Shown: piece by piece, positions 23,689 through 37,190 of the stretch | How positions within the stretch are numbered: position 1 is the stretch's first letter | Layout of the letters: the number at the start of each line of letters is the position of its first letter | Origin: Octopus sinensis | Taxonomy: Eukaryota | Length of the DNA stretch: 64,000 bases | Reading direction: 5' to 3' | Assembly: GCF_006345805.1 (NCBI RefSeq) | Contig: NC_042997.1 | Location: forward strand, 197,780,001-197,844,000 | Translations under genes and position numbers: made by a program | Notes under the pieces: generated by a model | The model's input: the letters and a program-made list of their open reading frames with translations, nothing else | Told to the model about the DNA's origin: nothing | Database searches by the model: none

Positions 23689-24190
23689 CCGTAAATCCTC
23701 GAGTATAATCCGCATTTCCCCCCCAAATTTAAAGGTAAAAATCCCTTTTAATGAGGTTAAAAATGAAAATTATTTTCTAAGCAATGCCCGAGTCTCTATT
23801 TGCTGTCTGGCAATGTTTATTCAGACGCATTTTGTGATGTCGGGCGCGAAAATACCTTAAGCTAAGCCTGAAAGCAATGGAGTCATAAAAGAATCATCCA
23901 TAACTTGCAGTAAGCAACATTTATTAAACGTTATTACTGTTATTTCTTTATTTTCTGCAAAACAAAATGCATAAAAAAGCTACACGTTTGCATTATGTTA
24001 TATATACAATAATAATAATGGACGTTACCGTATACATTTTTACAAACCAAGGACGTTATATAGACCTCCTTGACTCAAGTTAGAGAAGGAGTGCGTATTA
24101 TACACAAGGTTTATGTTTTTCAGAGGTACAGCCCCCTAAAAATCCCCTGCGAATTATACTCAAGGGCGGACTATACTCGAGGATTTACGG
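23689..24190. mobile_element. Tc1/mariner-pogo-type MITE
   Basis: 25-bp TIR CCGTAAATCCTCGAGTATA(A/G)TCCGC with one mismatch; TA on both sides (23687-88, 24191-92). Confidence 0.85.
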
Positions 24191-24818
24191 TAATTGATGA
24201 TATCAACATTAAATAGGTTAAGCGATTACATTCAGTTCCGTTGGATAACAGCATACAATATCAGAGTAACTGCAGCCATTTTACTTTGTTCAGCTGCACA
24301 CACACAGCTAAAATTTGGTTGAAAAATGATAGAAACATCTGATAGTTTCTGCTTCATTGGTGTATTTAAAAAAGAAAACACAAGCCATAGTTTTATTCCA
24401 TATTTTGCTTAACGCATTCAAAACCATGTAAAGATAATAGATATTCAGAACAAAGCAAGGAAACGGAATAAATAATAATAACAGTCGAAACAGTCGTAAA
24501 TATATACAGTCTTATAAGACGTAGTAAGTTTCTTTGTTGAATGATTCTGACAACTTCAGCTGGAACCCGAGGGAAAGCAGCAGATCTGCATGTGTGGGCG
24601 GCGGGGTGGGGTGGGTGTGATTGTGTCTACCTGTGTCTAGCGGTGTGTGTTATCGTTAGTTACCTGACGGAAGAAAGAAAATCATTGTCGTTGTAATATA
24701 CAGCTAAAACTAATATATTCCCTACATACACATGCATACATGCATTTATACATACAAACACACACACACATGTATATATATCTGCCTATCTGTCTATCTA
24801 CCTACCCACCTACCTACA

Positions 24819-24851
<33 letters not shown>

Positions 24852-24863
24852 GTCGGTCTGTCG

Positions 24864-24956
<93 letters not shown>

Positions 24957-24988
24957 ATGTATAAATATAATATACTATGCTTCATATA

Positions 24989-25037
<49 letters not shown>

Positions 25038-25119
25038 CTTGATACTTTGATAGGTTTCGGCCATTATTGGCCCAGGCCATGTCTAACTTACAGCACCCCA
25101 CCTGGTGAAGTCTTTCAAG

Positions 25120-28100
25120 TCAGAATTTGGGCACTATGGCCCACTCAAGTAGAGAGTTATTGTTTACAGAGACATATCCGGGTGTAGGGGGTTTATCCGG
25201 GATTTCTTGAAGGAATCTCTCCAAAGACTTCTTGAACCCTATAGGGTCAGTTTCTGTTTTAATGTGTTTTGGTGTAATGTTAAAGAGAGCGGGGCCAATT
25301 GAGGTGAAATAATTGTGCCGTATTGTTGTTATGAGATGAGAGTGCGATTTTTGTTTTGGGCGGATGGCACGGGGCCCAAGCCTTGGCTGTACCTTGAAGG
25401 TGATGCCAACATCATTTGGGCAATGCTGATGGAATATTTTCCACATCATGCAGATGATGTAGCGCTCACGACGACGTTGGAGAGAATAGAGTTTTAGCTT
25501 TTCTAGTCGACCCCAATAGTCGAGGCCTGTCATGCCATCTATCTTTTTTGTGATTGCCCTTTGAGGTGCTTCAACTTTTATGATACCTTGTATTGTGTGG
25601 GGAGACCACAGTGGACAACAGTATTCAAGGTGGGTCGGGCAAAAGTGGAGAAGAGAAGGATAATGGTGTGGATATCTCTCGACTGGAAAGTTCTGAGAAT
25701 CCAGGAACACATTCTGCGGGCCATGTCAACTTTGGTGTTTATTATGAGTGGCCCAGCTTATGTTGTTGTCCACAATTACTCCCAAGTCTCTGATGTTGTT
25801 GGACGCCGCGAGAGTTTCACCTGAAGGAAGGGAGTATGGGAGTTTCAGGGCATCCTCTTTTCCAAAGTGGATTAGCTCAAATTTATCCTCGTTCAGCAGC
25901 ATATTGTTTTTTTTCTGCCCATTGGATAACAGCCAGTAGATCTGACTGAAGGCATGTCCGGTCACTCGCCTCATTTGACCTTCTGTAGCTTGGAGTCATC
26001 TGCAAATTTTTTATGTTGCTGTGCTTGATGATGTCATTAATGTCATTAATGTAAATGATGAAAAGAAGTGGGCCCAGCACAGTGCCTTGCGGAACGCCAC
26101 TACTGACTTTGGCTGGGCTTGATTTTACCCCTTCAACTACAACATGTTGAGATCTGTCTGTCAGGAAACACTTGATCCATTTCAGTAACTTTCCAGAGAC
26201 ACCAATGTTAGATAGTTTTTTCAATAGGATCTTGTGATCGACCCTGTCGAAGCCCTTACTGAAATCAAGGTAGATGACATCGGTGTTGGAGCCCTCTCCC
26301 AAAGCTCTCAAAATGTCCTCAAAGTGATGCAGGAGCTGCGTTAGGCAGTCCCTTCCATTACGGAACCCATGTTGGTTGGAGATCAGCCGTCTGTTGCTTT
26401 CCAGAAATTGGGTTATTCGAGATCTCACTACCCTCTCAAATACCTTGATGATATGAGAAGTGAGTGAGATCGGACGGTAATTCACTGCAAGGGACTTGTT
26501 TCCTTTTTTGAAAACTGGGACAACAGACTGGGACAGAAGGTTTGTTGGAATATAGCCAGCATCCAGTGAGTTTCTCCACAGATTAGCAAGGGGAGATGCA
26601 AGTTGGTGTCGACACACCTTCAGGACACAAGCAGGGAACCTATCGGGGCCTCTGCTGAATTGTGTTTTATTCGTTTATCGCCGCTAAGACATCAAGGGGC
26701 ACTAAACGTTATGTCCGATATAGTGTGTTGGGGGTTGACATCACTGATACAGCCCAGATCGGCCATATCAGGATTGCTGAAAACAGAGCAGTATTGTTTC
26801 TGCAGTATCTGGCCATGGATTTGGCATTATCTTGGAGAGTGGCCAGTTCGTCAATTAGAGGGCCTACAGTGGAGACAGTGACCCTGCGTTTCCTCGCAAA
26901 TGAAAAGAACACTTTGGGGTTGAGTTTGATTTTTTCAATGGCCCACTTCTCCTCAGCTGATCTTTGGTTATTGATGAGGGTCTTCATGCATTGTTGGAGG
27001 TTATATTTTTTAGATTCAAGCAGTGCGATAGCCGTCGAATGTGTGTGTTGCTGTTGGCAGTACTTTAGTTTGTTAATTTTTATGTTTGTTCTTTTTATTT
27101 TTCTGATAATGGTTTTTCTGTTTTGGGGGATTCTGCACTTTTTGTTCACAGGTCTTGGTGGGGAGTGTTTTGCACATATGTCTGTGACGGTGTCTACAAA
27201 GATCTGCCAAGATGTTTTATGGTTGGTGGAGATGTGTGTATGTGTAAAGGTCCAGTCAACATGTGATAGCTCGTTCCTGATTGCATCCCAGTTGGCATTA
27301 TGGAGATCCATGTTGTCAAATGGGTGGGCTGGAGGAAGGTCACTAGGATTAGCTTTCGGCTGGTGGAATTTCATGTTACAGAGAACCATGTCATGGTCTG
27401 AAAGAAGGGTTTTTTCCACTGTAACGTTATGTATAGTGTTAGTGTGGTTACTAAACACTAGGTCCAAAATGTTCTGATGTCTTGTTGGTGCAAGGACAAG
27501 TTGGGACAAGAAAACTCATTCGTAAAGTCGAAAAGTGACTCTGCTGCTTCTTTGTCAGCGGTTGAGGCGGGAGTGCTTGGTTTCAAACAGTTTGTAGTCC
27601 AGTCAACACAGGGTAGATTGAAGTCTCCCATCATGAGTATGTTGCTAGAATGGCACTGTTGAATAAAGCACTTAATGCTGTTGAGGCATTCTTTAAAGCA
27701 CAGTATGGGTGTTTGGGGCGGCCTATAGAGCCCAATTACTGTCAGGTCATTGGCTTTGTTGTGCACGGTGACTGATTCACAGTAGCCTTGGAGAATATAC
27801 TATTTCCATCTGTCGTAAATGAATCATGCAGGAAAATGGCAGTTCCACCCTTCCTCCTGCCGATACGATCCGCGCGGATGGTTGTGAAATTCTTCACTCT
27901 CACTTCGGCTTCCAAGTGGGAGTTGTCAAGGTGGGTCTCAGTGAGAATGAAGAAAGGGATGTGGTGTGAATGGTTACCAACCCAGTCTTCAATGAATTGG
28001 ACCTTCCATTTTTGTGCATTGATGGAAGGGCTGACACCTTGTGCATTGAGTAGGAATGTGGAGGTTAGTGTAGTGGCTGGTTTTGACTGTTGCAGGGGGC

Positions 28101-28380
28101 TTGGATTTTTTGTGTGTGTTAGTGGCAGCAATGTGGGGAATTGGTGCACTGGGGTAATAGCATAGGATGGTGTTGAGTGATGGCTAGAATGTTTTTGTGT
28201 ATCTCTTTTGCCATGTTCAACATGGCTAAAAAGAATGTTCCTGCTTAGGGAGCAGTTTTTGGCTGGAGGTGTGGTTGCACTGTTGGATAGGGTTGTAGTT
28301 TCCACTTTTGTTGTTGTTGTTTTTGTGTCTTCCTGAAAAGACTGGACCAGCATTACTGCAGCATGGTGTGTTTCTATTTT
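25120..28380 (-). pseudogene. LINE ORF2 (endonuclease plus reverse transcriptase), split by single-base frameshifts
   Basis: LNAQG, TETHL, RADR..GGT, LYRPP, MGDFNLP, PTR...LDLVFSN, SDH; NYRPISLTS, QHGFR, YLDFSKGFDRVDH, GVPQGTVLGPLLFIIYIND, frameshifted FADD; C-terminal LYSLQRRRERY. Confidence 0.92.
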
Positions 28381-28389
28381 TATTTTTAT

Positions 28390-29010
28390 TCAGGTTTGTG
28401 TGGCTTGAAGCCCCGTTTCTGTTTGTGCGTCGGTCCCTGGAAGATGAGTGAAGGGACAGTCACTCAGTAGACATGTTCTCTCACGTTGGGAATACCGGCA
28501 GATTTTGGGACTCCGAGTTGTGTGTGTTTTGAATTTCGATTTACTATTTGGTGGTGTTGATGTTATTGTGGGATGCGTGCTTTGGCCTTGGCCGGTAGTG
28601 CGTCTAGTGCCGGGTAGATGCGTGAAGATGCAGTCACTATTTGTGCAGAGTCTCTGGCGCAGTGAATAGCGGCATATTTGGGGATTTCTTGTTTGTGCCG
28701 TGGGGGGCGCATTCTGCTTCCTATGTTTCTTTAAGTTTTTGTTACTGCAGTAGTATTGAGGTGGTGATGTGGGGGAAGAGGGCAATGGTTTCTTATTTGG
28801 TTTTCTGTTGGTATTTTTGGTGATAGAAGACGATGGTGGCAGCGGTGGTGATGATGATGATAATTGTGGTGGTTGCTGTGAGAGCGGTGAAAAGATACTG
28901 GCATTTAGTGAATCGTCTAGTAAGCTAGAGTTGAGGAGTGGCTGTTGTTGTTCTTGTTGCTGTGGCTGTTGTTGTTGTTGTTGTGCTTGACCGATGTTAG
29001 GGTCAGCCAT
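28390..29010 (-). CDS. LINE ORF1 segment: poly-Q/Ser-Pro-rich linker plus two C-x8-C-x4-C-x3-H zinc fingers
   Basis: CRYSLRQRLCTNSDCIFTH (28674-28618) and CRYSQRERTCLLSDCPFTH (28500-28444). ORF1 probably started further upstream (about 29330) before frameshifts. Confidence 0.7.
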   Translation of the reverse strand: MADPNIGQAQQQQQQPQQQEQQQPLLNSSLLDDSLNASIFSPLSQQPPQLSSSSPPLPPSSSITKNTNRKPNKKPLPSSPTSPPQYYCSNKNLKKHRKQNAPPTAQTRNPQICRYSLRQRLCTNSDCIFTHLPGTRRTTGQGQSTHPTITSTPPNSKSKFKTHTTRSPKICRYSQRERTCLLSDCPFTHLPGTDAQTETGLQATQT

Positions 29011-29928
29011 TGTGCTGGGAACCAGGAGTGGCTCATTCTGTTGTTGTTGTGGCTGCTGATTTTCTAGCTGTTGCTGTTCTTGAACTGTGAAAATATGAAG
29101 AAGCTTTTCAAAATGGCCTTTATCAGTTTGAAAGATACTTCGATATGTTTCAGCTTGCTACGAATCTGTTTGACGGATCGTGTGTTGACCACTTGTGATG
29201 TTTTTTTCGGCAACTCATTCAAACACAAGACATTTAGATTTTCTGTTTGGGAAAGAGAGAGCCATGTGTTTATTAAACATCAATTTCGTTATCAGACCAA
29301 TTTCGTCTGTTGCAGGCCTGCAAGTTAGTCATGTTTGTTTTTCTTTTGTTTGTTTTCCTTTTGATTTTTGAAAAATAATATATTCTTTCTTGGGAGTTAA
29401 AGAAGTGTATATATATATAAATGTTCTCTCTTAAGGGTGTGAGTTTTTGATTATTTGGTTGTTTGAGGATATTAAAAGAAAAACAGGTGTATATAACATT
29501 TGTAGTTAAATGAAAACGTACTTACGGGTTTGTAGGCAACACTTGGTTACAATATATATATATTTAAGGTCAGTTAGTTTTTGAAGCTGTGTAGCTTGCT
29601 ACTGACTTGGGAGAGAAACAAATAGACGTCCGTCCACTTCAACAGTTAATCCACATATATATATATATATATCTTGGTATATGTTGCATCTCTTTCTTTC
29701 TCTCTTCCTTTCTTTTTCTGTATATATATATATATATATACATACATGCATACATACATACATATATATATTATAGATACAATACATACATACATACATA
29801 TATATATATATTATATATATATATATAGGCATACATACAACTACATATGTATATACATTCATAAAAGCACGAACACATATGTGTGGGTGTGTATGTATAT
29901 ATATATATTATATATATATATATATATA

Positions 29929-29992
<64 letters not shown>

Positions 29993-30349
29993 TGGATGTG
30001 TGCTGTGTGTATGTATGTCTGCATCTGCGGGCATATATGTGTATATGTGCATATTCTACGTCAAGCATTAGTTTAACATATGCTAAGCTTAGAGGAGAAA
30101 CCTTATTAATACTTCTGTAATACAGAGTAAAGAAAAAGGTTTCTTTCATTGTGTCAAACTCTTCCATAATAAAGTTACAGACTTTTCCCAGTCTACCTTT
30201 TTCCTCTCTTTTTCTCTCAATCACTCTCCCACTCATTCTATGACTTTCTACCTTTCTCTCTCTCTCTCTCTCTCTGTCTCTTTCTGCCTCTTTCTTTAGC
30301 TATCTGCTTGTCTCTGTATCACTCACTCACACACTCACTCACTCTCTTC

Positions 30350-30393
<44 letters not shown>

Positions 30394-31032
30394 ATATATA
30401 TATATATATGTATATGTTTTTATGATATCGAACGAACATACGTTCATACACGCATGTATAAATACACGCATGCATACATACATACTTATGTACATACATA
30501 CATACATATACATACGTACATATATGCATACATTCATGCATACATGGATAAGTACGTATGTACATACATATATTGATGTACACACACATATATATATACA
30601 TACAGATACATACAATATATTCATACATACATAAATACACACACACATGCGTATATACATACATACATTCACACATGCATACATGTATATACATACATTC
30701 ATACATACATATATAGATACATACATACATACGTACATACATACATTAAGGTGTGCCTTTACAAGCAGTACAAGTGCTTTCGTCATTGCTCTAATTAGTA
30801 ATCGAATATCTTCGAACAGATGTAAAATGATGTCTAACAGTCTCCCTTAGGTAGAAAATAGCGAAGCGGCCTGACCTGGTTTCGATACTAATTCTCAGTA
30901 TTGGCTAAAGTGCTTCTTAGTGGACCAATAATTAAATTACTGGGAAGTCAACAAAAGACATTATTTATGCAAATCGAATTAACCGATTTTGTGGAGCCAT
31001 AATATTTACTAGCTTATAAATAGTGGTGTGAA

Positions 31033-31185
31033 GGCGCACGGTTTAGTGGTTAGGATTTTCAGCTAACGATCATAAGATCATGAGTTCGATTCCCAGTGGC
31101 GCATTGTGCCATTGTGCCATTGAACAAGTTACTTTATTTCACATTGCTCCAGTCCACTCAGCTGACAAAGTGAGATGTAGACTCG
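31033..31185 (+). mobile_element. SINE family C, partial
   Basis: GGCGCACGGTTTAGTGGTTAGG...GAGTTCGATTCCC...TTGCTCCAGTCCACTCAGCTG. Confidence 0.7.
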
Positions 31186-31209
31186 CACGACTCTTCTGCA
31201 ACGTATCCT

Positions 31210-31998
31210 CAAATCAAAGGATGAGCATATTATGAGCAGAAGACTATGCATGGATATGTTAGTAGAAAGCTCCAAGATGATAGTAACATCGATCGTCAAA
31301 GAAATCTATCATGGACGAATAGCCGGATTACTACCTCCCACTTTGAAGGGCATGCGTCTGAAATCCAGAAACAAGAAATACCAACCAAATACCTGATGCA
31401 CAAAAGGAAAAGAGACGCAGGGAAAGCAGTGAAATGTGACAACTGATACAGACTTTGTGGAGTTAACGCCGAAGACATCGCCCACGTCATAAGTAGTTGT
31501 GCGAAAATGTCATCACGGTGTTATCTACCGATGAGACATGACGGTGTAGCTAAGACACTCTATAATGAAATCTGCCGGAAGGATAATCCCAAGGACAAAG
31601 AAATAAAAACACACAACATGATAGAAGCCATAGCCACTCATAATGAAAAGGAACACTGGTGGAATGTACCAGTGAAGACCTCAGTAAGATGTAAGCACAA
31701 CAGATCTGATATAATGATTTGGGATGGAGAAGTGAAACAGTACACAATTGTGGAAATTAGCTGCTCAATGGATGTTGACATAAAGCTGAAGGTCAGTGAA
31801 AAAGAGAACACTTATGCTGAACTATTGAGAAATCTGCCGTCACTCTATCCAGATTATAAGTTCAGGTTTATACCTGTAATTATTGGAACCCTGAGATACA
31901 CACTGTCAGAAAGGCGAAAGCTAATTCGAAGACTACAGATGCAAGCCATCACTGGAACTGTAAAAATCTGTAAAACTTTCCAGAAGTTTATCATTTAA
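31210..31998 (+). pseudogene. R4/Dong-type RLE retrotransposon 3' ORF fragment
   Basis: TSHFEG..EIQKQEIPTKY, zinc knuckle (x)RLCG...EDIAHVISSC, RHDGVAK, HNRSDI, IVEISC, EKENTY. One stop and a deletion are present. Confidence 0.85.
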
Positions 31999-32103
31999 TT
32001 ATATATGAACATGCCTAGATATGTAACTCTATGCATGAGAATGCATACATAAAACATACAAATCTATACATACATACATACATACATACATACATACATA
32101 CAT

Positions 32104-32168
<65 letters not shown>

Positions 32169-32424
32169 TACATACGTACTCGTACATACATACATACTCG
32201 TACATACGAACATACAAACAAAAATACCCTGTTGTTGACGTAGGGAATGAAGGAGCCTTGGATCTAGGTTAGAAACCTTCCTCTATTGGCAAGACATCTT
32301 GAAATAAAACTGAACAATGACACACATACATGCATGCATACTTACACACCTGCATGCATACACGTATACATAAATACATACATATCCGGATTACAGATTT
32401 ATATCTATATCATACATATCCGGA

Positions 32425-32605
32425 TTATAAATTTATATTTATATATATTGGAGCGCTTGGTTTTGTAAGTAAATGCTTAACTATCACTCTGGATAAGATT
32501 GGATTTTCAGAAAAAGAAATCAACCTACTGATTCCCACATTACAAATAAATCTGTAAGTGGAACAGTAAAGCTATGCAAGACTTCTCTCAGATTTAAAAT
32601 GTAAT
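32425..32605 (+). mobile_element. R4/Dong-type 3' terminal fragment
   Basis: YPDYKFIFIYIGALGFVSKCL...IGFSEKEINLLI, homologous to 31850-31998. Confidence 0.7.
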
Positions 32606-32687
32606 ATTGTTTCCGTTATCTGCATTTCAATGGTGAAGCTTTGTATCTTTGTTAGAAACCAGCTCCTTCTTCAGAGGAAGAATTTAA

Positions 32688-33088
32688 ATCTATACATATA
32701 AAGCTGAAGTTGTCTATGTGTGTGTGACAGGTTTGGTAGCCTTCAACTAACACTATCTCCTCCGAGACCCTGCGGCGCAAGTTGACCAAAATTGAGAGTA
32801 TGATAGAAGAAGGCTTGCTCTTCATTCCATAGAATAAAAAATTCAAATCGGTCCATGTTAAGACCAAAAATTATTTACATAAAAAGGTGCTTTTTTTTCT
32901 ATGAAAATCCGTATTTCTTACGATTTTTTGACTGGTGTGTCACCATTTTTCGGTGTATTTCAACCAGAAAAATGTTCACTTAAAGGGAATAACATAATGC
33001 AAAACTTTTACTTAACGCGACATCAAAGTCTGCCGTTTTAAGTGTGACTAAAAAACAAACCTGAGCAACGCCGGGCTATACTGCTAGT
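32688..33088 (-). mobile_element. Non-autonomous Helitron/Helentron-like element
   Basis: Minus strand starts ACTAGCAGTATAGCCCGGCGTTGCTCAGGTTTG, as at 3187, and ends ACATAGACAACTTCAGCTTTATATGTATAGAT. The interior differs from the 3187 copy. Confidence 0.65.
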
Positions 33089-33346
33089 GATTAAATAAAG
33101 AAGAGAAATATATATACATAAACACGTATGTAATATATAGATGAACACATATCTATATATGTATGTATATGTCTGTATGTATACGCCCCAGTATGGCTAC
33201 AGCATTTGGGCTGAGACGTATATAAGAGTAAAAGAATGTGTACATATACATACACACCATATATATATAGGTATCTATTATGTAAATGAGAAATAAATAA
33301 TAAGGGTAGCTTGTTCGCAATTTTACAACCGAATGGCAGAATCACA

Positions 33347-33571
33347 TACTCTTACTCTCTTTTACTCTTTTACTTGTTTCAGTCATTTGACTGTAGCCAT
33401 GCTGGAGCACCGCCTTTAGTCGAGCAAATCGACCCCAGGACTTATTCTTTGTAAGCCTAGTACTTATACTATCGGTCTCTTTTTGCCGAACCGCTAAGTT
33501 ACGAGGACGTAAACACACCATCATCGGTTGTCAAGCGACTTTGGGGGACAAACACAGACACATAAACATAT

Positions 33572-33607
<36 letters not shown>

Positions 33608-33835
33608 ATATATACATATATACGACGTGCTTCTTTCAGTTTCCGTCTACCAAATCCACTCACAAGCAAATCGACCTCAGGACTTATTCTTTCAGTTTCC
33701 ATCTGCCAAATCAACTCACAAGGCTTTGGTCGGCCCGAGGCTATAGCAGAAAACACTTGCCCAAGGTGCCATACTGTGGGAATGAACCCGGAACCATGTG
33801 GTTGGCAAGCAAGTTACTTACCACGCAGCCACTCT
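33347..33835 (-). mobile_element. SINE family A, full length with an internal rearranged duplication
   Basis: Tail (TACTCTT)n at left, head at 33835, duplicated block at about 33660-33720. A 3' fragment on + lies at 33962-34085. Confidence 0.85.
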
Positions 33836-34763
33836 GTATTTGTATTATCTCATGCATTGTTTTCGTTTTGTTTAAAACTCCATCGTCTAATGGTTATTTT
33901 CATTTTTATCACAACTGTTACGCACAGATCCTGTTTTCTGATTGGGTAAAATGATCAACCTTTAAGAGAGACCGATAGAATAAGTACTAGGCTTACAAAG
34001 AATAAGTCCTGGGGTCGATTTGCTCGTCAAGAGGCGGTGCTCCAGCATGGCCGCAGTCAAATGACTGAAACAAATAAAAGAAAAGAAAAGAAGAAAGAAA
34101 AAAGAGTAAAATATATATATAAATGCATACACGCGTGCGTGTATATGTGGTTGTGAGCGTGCTGAATCGATGGTATTATTGTAAGAAGATACCTGGAGCT
34201 GGTTGATTACAACAGACAGACAACATAAGAGAATAATAGTACGAGAAGAGAAGACGATATGGATATTCACTGGCTGCTTTCAAAGTGTCTGCTTGCTTCC
34301 GATAATCTATACGTACACGAGGGTCATTTTATGCCTCACAGTAGTAGAAACCAAACGACTGTAGTGTGGATATCGAACTGGTCTCGGCTTCTAATAAGCT
34401 GCAGGTGTTTTGTTGCGAGTTTGAACAGTGTAGTCGATTCTACACGTCCCAGTTTAATTAAGTGACCTGCGTAATTATTAGAATCTATGGGTTCGTTACT
34501 AGAGGCTGTCTTTCTCTAGGAAGTATTTATTTCTTAACTATTTTTAGTGACATATGTGTAGCAAAAAATATGCAAAAATGCTAAGCATTAGTACTTGTAA
34601 ATCCGTTTAGTATTAGAAGACAGTGCACTACGTTTTGTGGTGTCGTTTCATTCCATTTCATTTTTTTTTTACCATGGTTACCCACTGAAAGTTCGCATAG
34701 CGGAAACTGGTATTGATATGCTTACGTCACCCTAACTTAGCAGGTCGGTTTAAGAGATCAATA

Positions 34764-34802
<39 letters not shown>

Positions 34803-34805
<3 letters not shown>

Positions 34806-35160
34806 AGAGTTTACGAAGAAAACAAAAGACGAAGACAGGTGGTGTACAAAACAAACAGATGTATTAGTATAACGCTCAGGAATAGAAAAAGTCTTTTACG
34901 TTTCGAGCCTACGCTATTCTATAGAAAGGGACACAGAAAAAACAAGGAGAGAAAAAATGTGTAGTGGCTAACGATCTATCATGCCGACTAGTTCAAATTT
35001 ATAGAAAAGCAAAAGACGAAGACAGGTGTAGGAACAACAAGCAGGTGCATTAGTTTAATGCTTGGAAAAAATAGAAAAGTCTTTTACGTTTCGAGCCTAC
35101 GCTCTTCAGCAGAAAGTAATAAGAGGAAAAAGTGGAGAGAGAAAAATTGTATAGTATTCA
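34803..35160 (-). mobile_element. Two adjacent copies of the short PLE-derived hammerhead-like repeat
   Basis: AAAAGACGAAGACAGGT...AGTCTTTTACGTTTCGAGCCTACGCT at 34803-34985 and 35000-35160. Confidence 0.75.
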
Positions 35161-35209
35161 GCGGTTCAACACACACACACACACGCACACACACACGCAC
35201 ACACACACA

Positions 35210-35250
<41 letters not shown>

Positions 35251-35735
35251 CGCACACACGCACACGCACACGCACACACACATACATATACATATATAAC
35301 ATTGTGAAGTCCTTCAGAAGGGCATCAAAACTGCCTATTAGAGAAGAAAAATCTGCACTGAAGTAAACAATATTTTAATAAATGAATTATCTTTTCAATA
35401 TTCTAATAAATTAATTATTCTTTTTGATATTATCATAAATTAATTGTGATTTCTTATCATAAAAGAAAATACAACTTGGTAAGAGGATAATTTAGGATAA
35501 TCGTTAAGTAGTTCTATTGATTTAAGTATTGCTGTTCGATTTCGATAGAAGCTGCCCTTGTACGTCAGAACAAAATCACTGTTTAAGAAAAAAGTAAATG
35601 CAGTAATCCCTCGCTATATTGCGGCTCACCTAACGCGGTTTATTATTTAAGCTTACGTCGATTCCTCTGTGGTGTTTTGCATTTATAATAAAATAAATAT
35701 ATACAAATTATAAAAATTATTAAAAAATATATACA

Positions 35736-36143
35736 GTGCAGGAATGGCTGTGTGGTAAGTAGCTTGTTTACCAACCACATGGTTCCGAGTTCAGTCCCAC
35801 TGCATGGCATCTTGGGCAAGTGTCTTCTGCTATAGCCCCGGGCCGACCAATGCCTTGTGAGTGGATTTGGTAGACGGAAACTGAAAGAAGCCTGTCGTAT
35901 ATATGTATATATATATGTATGTGTGTGTATATGTTTGTGTGTCTGTGTTTGTCCCCCGAGCATTGCTTGACAACCGATGCTGGTGTGTTTATGTCCCCGT
36001 TACTTAGCGGTTCGGCAAAAAGAGACCGATAGAATAAGTACTGGGCTTACAAAGAATAAGTCCCGGGGTCGATTTGCTCGACTAAAGGCGGTGCTCCAGC
36101 ATGGCCGAAGTCAAATGACTGAAACAAGTAAAAGAGTAAAAGA
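35736..36143 (+). mobile_element. SINE family A, full length
   Basis: Head, internal microsatellite and AAAAGAGT tail all present. Confidence 0.9.
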
Positions 36144-36867
36144 GAGAGAGTGCAGCACTGTTTCTACTTCGCGGATTTTCACCTATCGCGCGGGGTTTTG
36201 GAACGTAACACCCGCGATAGTCGAGAGATTACTGTACGCGTTTGTGTTATTGCATTCTGATTTTTATCTTTTATCGTGTTTTTAGTCATGGAACAGCGAT
36301 CATGCTGGAGCACCGCCATGAAGGATTCAGTCATACAAATCGATCTCAGTATTTAATTTCAAGCGCAAAACCTATTCCATCGGTTTCTTTTCTCGAACAG
36401 CTAAATAACGGGACGTAAACAAAACAAACTGAACACAGGTTATGGGTAGGGTGGAAAACACAAACACACACACATAGATATATGCATAAATGATGAGTAT
36501 CCACTCGCGACCGAGGAAGACTGTTACTGGCCATACATATATACATACGTACATACATACATACATACATACATACATACACACATACATACAAATGTAC
36601 ATGCATGAGAAGTCATCACTGACGATTTCTACTGTAAAGACGAAACTAGGCCTAGTCTGGTTGATCCACGAAACTGTCATGGAATGGTTACCTCTCCTAT
36701 CAGCATATGTATTTATTTGCGCTCCTCTTACCGCATTAAGAGTATTTTAACTCTTACTTTTAGCAATGTAGGTGCTTCGGCACCCTTAGTCATACTCAGT
36801 GAATATTGATACCTTTATGGTATCACACTGCGCCTAGCTGTTTATATTAATTTTTACTACATACATG

Positions 36868-36899
<32 letters not shown>

Positions 36900-36901
<2 letters not shown>

Positions 36902-37077
36902 TCGTTAGCCACTACACACATTTTTTTCTCTCTCCCTGTTTTTTCTGTGTCCCTTTCTGTAGAAGAGCGTAGACTCGAAACGTAAAAGACTTTTTCTATT
37001 CCTGAGCGTTATACTAATACATCTGTTTGTTTTATATACCACCTGTCTTCGTCTTTTGTTTTTTTCGTAAACTCTCC

Positions 37078-37078
<1 letters not shown>
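36900..37078 (+). mobile_element. Short PLE-derived hammerhead-like repeat
   Basis: 36953-36990: CTTT CTGTAGA A GAGC GTAG ACTC GAAA CG TA AAAG; ends at (AT)n. Confidence 0.75.
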
Positions 37079-37128
<50 letters not shown>

Positions 37129-37190
37129 CATACACACACATATACACGCGCACACCCCGAAAACACACATATATGCATACATATATACAA

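Larger units (their letters stand above)
25035..29655 (-). mobile_element. Full-length CR1-group (CR1/L2-like) LINE inserted between (AT)n tracts
   Basis: 5' UTR, ORF1, ORF2 (APE endonuclease plus RT), short 3' UTR with GGCC-AATAAT-GGCC stem-loop and ATCAAAGT-like tail repeat. Confidence 0.92.

Noticed and set aside
25053-25080. GGCC-AATAAT-GGCC-GAAAC in the LINE 3' UTR, resembling hammerhead stem II
   Set aside because: No CTGANGA upstream; better explained as the usual CR1/L2 3' recognition stem-loop.
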